DNA from: Lytechinus pictus
Taxonomy: Eukaryota
Assembly: GCF_037042905.1 (NCBI RefSeq)
Contig: NC_087245.1
Span: forward strand, 27,096,001 to 27,160,000
Direction: 5' to 3'
Length of the DNA stretch: 64,000 nt
Shown here: positions 1-10,459 of the stretch, piece after piece
How the letters are laid out: every line of letters begins with the position of its first letter
Position numbering within the stretch: position 1 is the stretch's first letter
Translations under genes and position numbers: made by a program
Notes under the pieces: generated by a model
Seen by the model: only the letters and a program-made list of their open reading frames with translations
The model's database searches: none
Told to the model about the DNA's origin: nothing

Positions 1-1119
1 TTGGACTAAAAAATAAAAAAAATAAAAAAAATCCTCACATTATATTTGAGGTACGGAGAAACAAAAACTAAGTTAAAGATTTCAAAGTATCCAAAGAGAT
101 TACCGGTATGCGGAAATCTGCTGTTCTTCTTGATCAATTCATCTACAAATGTTTGCAAGGTCCCGACAATATTGGCCACTTACACACTCACTCACCTCAC
201 AGTCACAGTGTACACACACACAGCACTGCCGTTCTTGTACATTGCAAACTACGATACGGTACCAGTACATCTTATCAAATAATGATCTGTGTCTTTCCCG
301 CCGTAGGAGGAAGAAACATTCACATTTCTTGCATCACAAACTCACAATCACTTTCAGAATTTGTCTAGCATTCGATGTCTTTGGATACGGGATTACAGGA
401 AGGTTCAAGAAACAAAGAAATTTGCATTGTGCCGTCTCTCTCGTTGCGTGGTGTACATGGTATCTTATGAAAAGCAAACAGGAAAGAAAAAATAAGCTGG
501 CGCGAAACGGGACTTTGGAGGGGATCGAGGGTTAAAATGAATAGCGCCAGCTTAAGTCGCACTGTAACCACAATACAACGCAAGCTAGCTCGAGCTCAGC
601 TAACTCAACTCTCGCGCGCTCGCTCAGCTCAGCTGTGACAAAATATTACCGAGTATGCTTGGCTTCTCTTTGAACTTAGCCAGGGAACTTCGCTGCTTTG
701 AACCGAGAATAAAGTCAAAATTAGTGTCATGAAGGTGGGTGCGTTTGTTATAATCGCTTCTCATTACCCGCGGCTCATACCCCTCTAAACGACATTGCCC
801 TGGGCGGCTACGCCCGGCCACTCGATGTGTTATGAACTGGCAGATGTCTTTTGTTTGGGAGGGGTTACGACGGGCTGGCTCAGACCCGTCACCGTGGATA
901 AACCGCACCCCCGACTTTTGCTTCTATCCCGCCGAGAAAAAGGTGCGGTTAATAGACGGTTACTTACGGTATTTGTCCTCAAAACCTTGTCCTTTAAAAT
1001 GAATGAAAAAAGCGAAGATGAGGCTGGGATAGACATACATACGGGCAGAGTGCCTCCTGGTGATTATCTTCAGTAGGTGAAAGCATTAACACTGGGATGT
1101 TTTTACAAATGAAACTTAC

Positions 1120-1212
1120 TGTTTACTGTTTCTCAAAAGTTTAGCGATCACTTTCTTTTCTGTATCGACATGAAGAGAGGGAAGCTTCTGATCTCTCCGG
1201 TAAAAAGTACAT
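1120..1212 (-). CDS. Divergent tubulin (zeta-like), second coding exon; gene continues beyond the left edge
   Basis: ttgcag| ... CA|gtaagt, phase-compatible with exon 1. Gives KCTFYRRDQKLPSLHVDTEKKVIAKLLRNSK, where HVDTEKKVI corresponds to the tubulin xxDxEPxVI motif. No GxGNNW exon was found in 1-1119. Confidence 0.8.
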
Positions 1213-2234
1213 CTGCAAATGAATGATAATGACAACCAAAAAAAAATACAGACTGGTGATGTACATAGTTTTCTTAAATGTGAGTATGACGATCGAAAAA
1301 AAAAATTATACCAATGGGGATTGTAATACATCAATGGCAATTCAGTCTGCATTCAAGCTTCCATCGATGTTTAAATGTAGTCAAACTTGCAAAAAAAAAC
1401 AATATTTACTGCCAAATTGTGTAACATGTTGTGCTTTATTTCCTTGATCTAATCAATTTGGGAATTACTTTTTTTAGAGTACTACAATCAAATACAACTA
1501 AAGATAACCTAATTGTTAATGTTTTGTTTTGTTTTACACTAGGCTTCATCCTGAAATACATTTTTTCCAAAAAAAAGATCAACATACACAGCAAACATCA
1601 GCCTCAAGTAGACTTAAATACTAAAGATGGTAATAAGTTTTCATTAGGTGATTTCGAGATCAGTGTTTGTGCTGGTTTTAGTGCTAATGTTGGAACCACA
1701 ATTCAGGGGCCCTTTTCCCTATTAAAATGACTTACAGCTGTTGTACTTTGTCATCATGGCAACTAGCTAACTACCATGGTAACAAGGCTTAGAAGCCAAT
1801 CACTATCAAGGTTTCTATGAGGGTAGTTGCCATAATTGTAAAGTTACCATAGTTGATAATCTTTATGGAACAGGCGCCAGATTGCCTTCACTAGCTCCAA
1901 CATTTATCCAATTACATTACTGGTATGTGCTTGATAAAGCGGTTCGTAAGTTGTAAGTGACTTTACGAATGACTGGTGACCTCTTATTGTGGTAAGTGAT
2001 ACCCAACATTGTCTTAGTTCCTAAAAAGAGTCCCAAGTCATTCTAAAGCCGCTCGCAAGTTACGAACAGCTCTATGAAACAACCACCATACAGCCCGACA
2101 CATAGGGAGAATTATCCGAAGGCGAGTTTCATTTTTATTCAGGTGCTCTGCCACCTCTGCCTAGATGTAAAATACCCAACACCAACACCCAAAGGTCAAC
2201 ACCGAACTTGGGATCACCCATTGCATTGTCTTAC

Positions 2235-2323
2235 TTTGCTTCATCATCCTGTTGGACAAGCTGCCAGAACTGTTGGCCAAGTTGGTTGCCACACTGGCCA
2301 ACATGAAGAAACACAGTCGACAT
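2235..2323 (-). CDS. Divergent tubulin (most likely zeta-tubulin; delta/zeta class), first coding exon
   Basis: Translates MSTVFLHVGQCGNQLGQQFWQLVQQDDEA, containing the tubulin N-terminal GQCGNQxG motif. Acceptor (ttttttgtttgtttcag) lies upstream at ~2343 and the donor is AA|gtaag (phase 2). Confidence 0.85.
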
Positions 2324-4299
2324 CCTGGGTAATTAATTGCACTGAAACAAACAAAAAACAACATCATGATAAGAATGTAATGGTTTCACACCTTCACAGT
2401 ACACCACGTAGTATTCTTTTGCGGGTATGTGTTGGTCCTGAAAAAAAACCACCCAAACTCAATGTTTCAACAAGTGTGTTCTTGTATTTTCTTCACCATG
2501 GAAACCTTCAGAAGGTAAAACTTCATGATAAACTGATATACACATCTACCTGGTGGTGGACTCTATCTTGACATTGGATTAGGCAGAAATAAAGGCAACC
2601 TGCACATCCACACTTGATCCAAGAATCCAAGCCCAGAAACATGGTTCATGAAAAAAAAATGCATATCAGGTAAAACACAATTTTTGTTTTTAATTTCACT
2701 ACTTGAAAAATCTTAGGTGGGGCAGTAACCCCTGACCCCTCCCCCCGCCCCCCATGTCCATGAGATTATTCCATGGAAGATTATGCATTAGACTACCTCA
2801 TCCAATTCTCCAACAGTGATCGTGGATTGTCATTAATGATGCAGTTAACACTGCTCTGAGTAATCTAATAGAATCTCAGGTATCCCATAAAGTGCACTAA
2901 AACACTGTTCCTGCTCACAGGCCTGATCCCCATCAACACTCTGATTGAGCAGAACTGCCGACTTCTTATTTGGCAACTCATCATCCTCAGTTTCAGCAGA
3001 TAATACAGTGCTTTGGAAAGCAGATATAAATTCTTTGAAACGCTCAAAGGAGCCCTGGAAAATTAAAAAGAAAGGAGTCCCTCAAAATCCCCATATTTCC
3101 ATAAAATTGTTTAAAGCTCATCCAATATTGCAGATTTTTAATAGGCAGTAGGTTACAAGTGAAAAGTAGCCTAAAAAATAAAATGTTATTTTTTTTGCTT
3201 GAATGAGATCTTCCTGAATGAGATTACCCATATTAGCTGAGCCTTACCTGCCTGACAAGTCCAGGGTGGTTGGTAATGAAAAATACTACAGCAGTAAAAC
3301 AATGAATAGGTTGGAGATTTTAGCACACTTGGGAACAATCAACCGGAGACAAATAATATCAACTCAAACTTTGTCTAAAATTCATGTTAAAAAAAAGTCC
3401 AATTATTTTATCTTACGTAAAAGTTAAAGGGGGTCCACCGGTCAATACTAGTCCTATTTCAGTCACGGCAGACATCAACAGATTTCCTATGCTTGGGCTA
3501 AGTTCATTTTCAAGCTACTTTTTACTAAAGTTAGTTCCTGTTTCCAAAGCTAAAACTCTTTAAGAATTCAAGTCTTGCACCGTTTTAGCATTCACTTCAC
3601 AGACACTTTTTAAATTCTCTATTGGCCTAACGTTAGTCCTAAATCGCTGATAATTTGTCAAAAGCCTTTCAACAAAGGAGCCTTTGTCAAAAATCGGTGA
3701 ATCAAAACAGAAGTCTGGACAAACGACACATTTACAATTTTTACAAAATTTGATCGTGTGCTATCCAGAGTTTAATCCAGATCCAGCACTTGTGCACCAA
3801 CTTTTGACAATGACCTCTAGTCTAACTAAGTCTAAAGTCTAATAATCAACTAATGTCCATTGATTGGTAGAAAGTGTCTGCAAAGCTTCAGCTTCGATGC
3901 TAAAATACACTATTGAATCATTAGAATCCTTCCATCAGCTGACCCCTGGGGCATTTTCATAAAATGATCATACTCACAAGGGACAATCACACGCGGAGAA
4001 GACGAATGGCATGCAGAGCTCTCCAGACCTTGAGCCTGAGTGCACTGCGACCTGGGCTGGTGAGCTGATGATAACTTGTCTTTGGTTTAGCTATAAAGCC
4101 TAACTAAGCCAAGGCGGGCTAAGCTAAAAAATAAAAGACCCTTGTAAAAAGTTATTGTTAAAAACTGGGACATCTAACGGTAGGCCTAACGTTAGATCAA
4201 AATAAAGTTGGTCGACAAAATGTATCTCTCCTCGACGATTTCTTTCAATCGAATCCCGCGCGGAGTACGGTAACGTTTCTCAGGAGTTTCTTGAGTTTT

Positions 4300-4678
4300 G
4301 ATTAAGGTCGAATTCGCAATGTGGTCTTGTTTTTTCTAACGTAGACTTATTCAAGGGCGCTCTATAGGCCAAGCAAATCGAATTCCAAACGGGCCAGAAG
4401 CAATAAGAAAAAATATTGGAAGTATAGTAACATAAATTGATTTAATATTATTTTTATTTAGGGATAAAAAAATATTAAAGGGTATGTTTTTCATATTTTT
4501 TTAAATTATAAGACATTTCGACACAACTTTAAGGGAAAAAAATGAAAAACATCATCAACGACTTCTAAGAGACAAATTAATCTGGAAATTGAGTTGACTG
4601 GAAGTTGCTATCGCATATCGGTGAACGACAACGATTTGACGGGGTTGTGGATCAAAATAAAATTAAAATCACGACAGT
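4300..4678. promoter_or_regulatory. Putative bidirectional promoter region between the tubulin gene and LSM5
   Basis: Head-to-head arrangement; CpG-richer flanks (4200-4400 and 4600-5000) around an AT-rich core. Boundaries are approximate. Confidence 0.45.
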
Positions 4679-4721
4679 ATGACTACCGGTACTTCCAACC
4701 CATCTCACCTTTTACCTCTTG
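4679..4721 (+). CDS. LSM5: U6 snRNA-associated Sm-like protein LSm5, exon 1
   Basis: MTTGTSNPSHLLPL+G|gtaag. Full model join(4679..4721,6668..6763,7340..7367,7820..7892,8611..8652) is 282 nt, 93 aa, and closely matches the known LSm5 sequence. Confidence 0.93.
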
Positions 4722-5031
4722 GTAAGACCCTTGTTTTCTATGAACGTGGTGTTATCTAAGACTAAGTAACGTAATAAGAGCAACTTCAGATGCCCGTGGT
4801 CATGCTTTGCTCAGCTCAGCTCATCGGCTGACTCCCCGCTCTGACCCGGTTGCCTGCCGGCACGGCTTGGCAGTACGGAGGCCACGCGCGGCATACCGTT
4901 TTGAACTTTTGGCTCTACCACTACCATTGTTGTATGTCCGGACAAGTTGTGCGTCCGGACGATCAATTTTAGAAAGTCATTTGGAAAAATTCACGAGCGA
5001 AGTTTCATCAAATTTTAGTACAAGATGTTAG

Positions 5032-5300
5032 CAGGGGCGGATCCAGCTTTTTATAAAGGGGGGGGTTGGGGTGGTATGCGAGGGAGCGTAGCGACCGAGT
5101 CCAAGCGAGCGAGGGTGTGGGAGGGGGGTGTCCCCCTCCCACAGTAGGGAAAAATTTTGAAAATCTGTGTGTGAAAATGGCGTTTTCTTGCATTACAAGT
5201 TTTAAAAAAAAGATAAGATTTTAAAAAATGGTCCCCGGATTTTTTTTTTTTTTTGGGGGGGGGTTGCAACCCCCCAACCCCCCCTCTAGATCCGCTTCTG
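5032..5300. mobile_element. MITE with 5-bp TSD in LSM5 intron 1
   Basis: GTTAG|CAGGGGCGGATC...GATCCGCTTCTG|GTTAG. Confidence 0.8.
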
Positions 5301-5543
5301 GTTAGGAAATATTATAGAGAACAAAATAGAGGATGATTAAAACTATTGAATTCATAATTTTAATGTATTAAATCCAAAGTCAGACTCAAACTCAAAGACA
5401 AAAAAGAAGTCTTCAAAAATATAAAGTGTCCGGACACGTGACTCCCAACCTACTATTAAAGTGCTACCGCCACAAAGATAGTTGTTCTGACTCTGAGACC
5501 GAGCTATCCCTTCTGCCAGACGGTATCTAAAGTTACTATCTCT

Positions 5544-5855
5544 CATGGGCACTTTGGGCAGAAATCTGTCCCCAAAGGTAGGGGGAACAGGGGCTGGAAA
5601 CTTTGACAAGCAAAAAAATAATAATCACCCAAAATATAAGGTCATTAAAAAAAAAATTACAAGCAAAAAAGAGGTTTTCACCCAAAATGTATGAGGTCAT
5701 TTAGTCCAAAATATATGTATTATTTCGATTGGGAATGATGTATTTTTCTCCATGAAAGACCAAAAATAGTAGGGGGGACATTTGATATTGTGTCCCCCTA
5801 CTATTTTTGGTAGGGGGGATGCATCCCCCTGTCCCCCCTGGAGTTTACGCCCATG
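5544..5855. mobile_element. MITE with 8-bp TSD (hAT-like)
   Basis: ctatctct|CATGGGC...GCCCATG|ctagctct (one mismatch in the TSD). Confidence 0.65.
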
Positions 5856-6667
5856 CTAGCTCTACCATGTCTATAATATACTGCCTAACTTGTTAGAGCC
5901 GAGAGTGGAGGATGAATGAGAAAGTGACTAAAAAGAAAAAATTCCTCTCCCCGATGTAGTCAAGACAAGCCTGAAGCTGAGAGGGGTGGGGTGCGTGAGT
6001 TTATTTTTAGTGGACTGACTGGAAAATAGCAAGTGGGTAACCCAGCCGCTACTGAATTTGTCAGATATCAGACCTAGGGGTCGAGTAGGAAAAGTGATTT
6101 GATTGAGCTTATACTTTTCATTGCCGAAATATTGTCCTCCCAAAAAATGAAAATTATAAATGGGGAAGTTTTTCATTATGTGTGTCACAATCTTGTAACT
6201 TATTTAGAGTTCTATTAATTTGCTTCTCGAGTTTCATTGATATGTTTCTTGATAGTTTTGTTTATCGTTAACTGGTTGTTACATTTTAATCTTATTGATA
6301 AGTTTCTTTAGTTTAGAAATGTGTTGCACTAGTTTAAATAACCTATAACTATTTGATGCCAAAAGAAAAAGATTCTGCATGTTGCATTTGAATATATTGT
6401 AACTAAAACTACATGTCAGTCATAAAACATTGTGTTTTGTTCTGACGAAGTAAATTGAAAGGATCATGGGTTAGACTGTTCTAGCTTGTCATTCTTCTTT
6501 AATGATCAAATCCAGAGACCTATTGAGTTGAGTATTAAAACATTTACTATTAAGATTTCTCCTCTTTTTGGAGGCAGCCTGATTGAAATTTTGAACACAA
6601 CTCTGCCAATAAAGAGACTGATTCTGTGGTCTAAATCATATTCTTGCTCTTTGATTTTATCTTTCAG

Positions 6668-6763
6668 AACTTGTTGACAAATGTATTGGCTCCCGGATTC
6701 ACATTGTTATGAAGACAGACAAGGAGATTGTTGGAACTCTGCTTGGCTTTGATGACTTTGTCA
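6668..6763 (+). CDS. LSM5: LSm5 exon 2
   Basis: ctttcag|(E)[31 protein letters not shown], the Sm1 motif, followed by a GTATCCTT donor. Confidence 0.96.
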
Positions 6764-7339
6764 GTATCCTTGTTGAATATTAATAAATCAACTTGTGACA
6801 GAAATCATTGGTTAAAATGTCATTTAAAAAAGGGAATAGAATTCTTGTGTTGGAGTGAAAAAAAAAAGTCTAATGAGGAAAATAAATGTTTGTTGTAATA
6901 ATAAACTAGTCTACAGTAATGATCTCTTTTGATTACATTTTCATGTAAATTTGTGAGTTAAAGAATCAATATTAACCTTCTGTAGTTAATGTAATTTTCA
7001 ATATCATGATTCAAAATGCCTTCACACTCCAGCCAGTTAGCTTTAGTTTAGGTCTTTACTTTGATACTGGCCCATGCGGTCACTATCGATTTATTCTACT
7101 TATTAAATTTGTTTGTTGTTGCTAATACTACTAAGTATTATTATTGCATAAAAGTGGTGGTAGTAGTAGTATCATCATTTTCATTACCGTATAATTATCA
7201 TCATATTATTATTGGTACTGCTGATTTTCTACCATTGTTTTGTTCGATTACTATTCACTGAATTGTGATATTTTAAAGTTGTGTAGAATGTAGATTCCCA
7301 TGATTTGGTTTAAGCCTTGACACCATGCTTCCTCAACAG
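6764..7339 (+). other. LSM5: U12-type (minor spliceosome) GT-AG intron 2 of LSM5
   Basis: 5' splice site GTATCCTT; branch-site CCTTGAC at 7315-7321, close to the AG at 7338-7339. Confidence 0.9.
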
Positions 7340-7367
7340 ACATGGTACTTGAAGATGTTGTAGAATT
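7340..7367 (+). CDS. LSM5: LSm5 exon 3
   Basis: caacag|(N)MVLEDVVE(F)|gtaag; 28 nt, frame-consistent. Confidence 0.94.
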
Positions 7368-7819
7368 GTAAGTACTGGGTATATCTTTCTTTTGTGCATT
7401 CAATTTGAAGAAACTGCCTGTATTGTAAATGATTATTGTGATGTCGCATTTCATTCATTCCTCACATCTCTAAAGGAGAACAAGGACATTAACCAACAGT
7501 GGTTTTGTAGAATAAACCATTCTTACCAGGTTCAATGGGTACCAGAGATGGATACAAGGGGTATGATGGTATCTTTTGACAAGTTTAGTCTTACAAGTCA
7601 CAGGTCATTTAATATCCAATAACTCTTCCAGGGGGGGAACCAAGGTTTTCAAAATACCCAATAACCCATACTTTACATTTGTAAAAATGTTGCTGTATTG
7701 AAAGTTTGAAACCATAGTGGATAATGTGAGTTCAGATTTAGATTAGAGAATTTTTGACAAGACAAATTTTGACAAATCTAGTTATAAACTAAGAAATTTA
7801 TGTTCTTTTCTTTATAAAG

Positions 7820-7892
7820 TGAAACAACATCAGAAGGTAGGAGAGTCACCAAACTGGATCAGATTCTTTTGAATGGGAATAATATTACAATG
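7820..7892 (+). CDS. LSM5: LSm5 exon 4
   Basis: tataaag|ETTSEGRRVTKLDQILLNGNNITM|gtaagt, the Sm2 motif. Confidence 0.96.
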
Positions 7893-8610
7893 GTAAGTTG
7901 TTATTCACATCACCACCCCCCCCCCCCCCCCCCGGCCCCCCTAAAAATGCAAATATGTCTAAATTTCAGTTTGATTTGAATATAATTCAAGTCTTCATAA
8001 AATGGGTCAAGAATAACTCAAGATGATGGTATGCAAACTTTCTCAAACACCTTTCTAAGCTTCAGCATTTCAAAACTTACATAGTTGACCCCAAAATGCA
8101 TATGTTATTGTATTTTTGTTCAAGTAAAATCTGAAATGGTTCAAATTGATGAGCATAGATTTTTTTTTAAGAAAATAAAGTCCTATACAAAAAGTTACTA
8201 TATTGGAGAGGACATGAATGAAATGTACCTTCCTTACCATTTCTTGAATCTTAGCTACCTGATTCCTCAGACCTTTTTTTAGAAAATCAGAATCCATCTA
8301 ATTTATCACATCCTCTCCCAAACCTTAGTTATCCTTTAGGTTTCTCAACTGGTCTAAATGGTTATATCTGTTAGAAAATTAGGGCATTGTCTGTTTTAAA
8401 GAAGGTCATGACTAAAAAAATAACAAAAATATATGCTTGGCCTAGAGATCAACACCTATAATCTACTTTTCATTTACACAATAATATTAGTGTGATGTAA
8501 GTGAATTGTTTCTGTTTTGTAATTGCCCATCCAATTCATCATATATCAAATGCCTACATTTCATTCATGAGAATCGTCAAATTGGTTTTATTTTCTTTGT
8601 TCATTGACAG

Positions 8611-8652
8611 CTTATCCCTGGAAGCGAAGGACCAGAAGGTTCAGAAGTTTGA
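8611..8652 (+). CDS. LSM5: LSm5 exon 5 (last coding exon)
   Basis: ttgacag|LIPGSEGPEGSEV*, matching the LSm5 C-terminus LVPGGEGPEV. Confidence 0.92.
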   Translation, partial: LIPGSEGPEGSEV

Positions 8653-9221
8653 TTGTAGGCTCTACATGAGTGAATCGACAATCATTTGGAGAACATTGTA
8701 CAGCTGATCACTTGTATGATTAAAAAGTTTTTCAAGAAGGACGTTTTCTGTGCATTGTGACCTCTCTGTTGGAAATACCGAGGGTAGCAAACTGATGAAT
8801 CATCCATATTTCAGGACTGTCAACACCATCAATAATGCTATCTATTATTTGATTTTGAAACCTTACCCTGTAAATATACTTTTTATAAATCAAAGTGTCT
8901 ACATAGCTCCAAGCTTTTATTTTGTTTTAGTCATGTTAGTAGTTTTCAGGCCCGGGTCCAACTGACCAGTGCCCAACCAATGCTGCCAGTCACCGGGGCA
9001 ATTTCCTGCAGACCAGCTAATGAAAAAAAGTAATTAAAAAAAATACAGTCAAAGAATTTGACATTTAACCAGGTTAACAAGTAAATTTTAAAACGTCTTT
9101 GTAATTTTAATCCTTTAATTGCTATTCAAGTCCAAACACTACATTGCAAATGCTATGGGTAGTTGTGACAATTCCTTATCTTTACAAAGTACTCAATTGT
9201 CAAACACCTGTAATCTCACAA

Positions 9222-9662
9222 GACGTAATTCTCTGTTTTCTGTACCTTTCTTCACAACTTAGAGGTCGTACTATCATAGTATTAGAAATTTAAATTTTTG
9301 ATAATTTCAAAATTTAACCCTCCCAAATAGCCTTTATACATGTTTAATTTTGTTTATCACAAAATTGACGTAATTCTCTCTCTTCTCTCTACCTTTCTTC
9401 ATAACTTAGAGGTCGTACTATCATAGTATTAGAAATTTAAATTTTTGATAATTTCAAAATTTAACCCTCCCAAATAGCCTTTATACATGTCTAACTTTGT
9501 TTATCACAAAATTGACGTAATTCTCTCTCTTCTCTCTACCTTTCTTCATAAATTAGAGGTCGTACTATCATAGTATTAGAAATTTAAATTTTTGATTATT
9601 TCAAAATTTAACCCTCCCAAATAGCCTTCATGTACATGTTTAATTTTGTTCATCACAAAATT
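9222..9662 (+). repeat. Tandem repeat, 3 x ~146 bp
   Basis: Units start at 9222, 9367 and 9514 (gacgtaattctct...atcacaaaatt). Confidence 0.92.
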
Positions 9663-9867
9663 GTTTCTGACTGCTGAAATCTTCTAGGGATAGTTTTTAA
9701 AACGGTCATGAATTGTAGACATTCCTTTCCTAGCACACTACAGGGCTAGGACCTTTTCCAAAATTATCAGGAAGCAGGAGCCCATTCACACATTATGGTT
9801 GAAAGTCCTATACTTTAGTTTAATCCCTAAGCATTGCACTGTAATAATTACACTGTAATTCTGTGGC

Positions 9868-9972
9868 TTGCACAGTCACACCAATGAAACAGACTCTAGA
9901 CCGATCAAACTAACATTTTCAAAAGCATGCTATTGGTCGGGTTTAGAGTCGGTATCATTAGTGTGACTGCAA
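9868..9972. mobile_element. Short palindromic MITE-like hairpin
   Basis: cagtcacaccaatga..gactctaga / tttagagtc..tcattagtgtgactg. Confidence 0.6.
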
Positions 9973-9995
9973 CATTATAGACATCTGAGGAACCA

Positions 9996-10197
9996 GGGGG
10001 GTGTTTCACAAAGATTTAAGTATGACTTAGAGTCGCACTTAAATACCGAGTTGCGTACGGTATAAAAGGCTTGACCACATTGGTCAGATCGTGTCATGAG
10101 GACGCGCACTAATGCGAATCTATCATTAAGATCGCGCGTTGCATATCATGTACGCGTCGGCATTTAAGTGCGACTTAAATCTTTGTGAAACACCCCC
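9996..10197. mobile_element. Palindromic MITE (GGGGGTGTTTCACAAAG termini)
   Basis: Long inverted termini; second copy at 16448-16636. Confidence 0.8.
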
Positions 10198-10459
10198 AAG
10201 GACTAGTGTATTAATGTACCATACTTTAAAAAAAAAAGTATTTGTTGAAAAGTGGTAAAGGTTCTGTATTTTTTGTACATACTGTATTTGTACTCTTGAT
10301 GGCAACACTCTTTAATAAAAAAGATCATGTTCATAAACATGTACTTGTATTTTGTATTAGTTTGCAGTATCTTGGTTGGATATGTTTACTGTATGAGGGC
10401 CAGATAGTTTGCGAGTCTTAAATAAACCACATCTAGATTTGTGGACCCCACACCTTTAA

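Noticed and set aside
624..908. 94-aa minus-strand ORF as the third tubulin exon
   Set aside because: No GxGNNW or other tubulin motif and no convincing phase-2 acceptor.
969..992. 24-nt minus-strand mini-exon (ttaaag|...|gtaagt) as a tubulin exon
   Set aside because: Splicing it after exon 2 gives an in-frame TGA, so it is not accepted as coding. A poison exon cannot be excluded.
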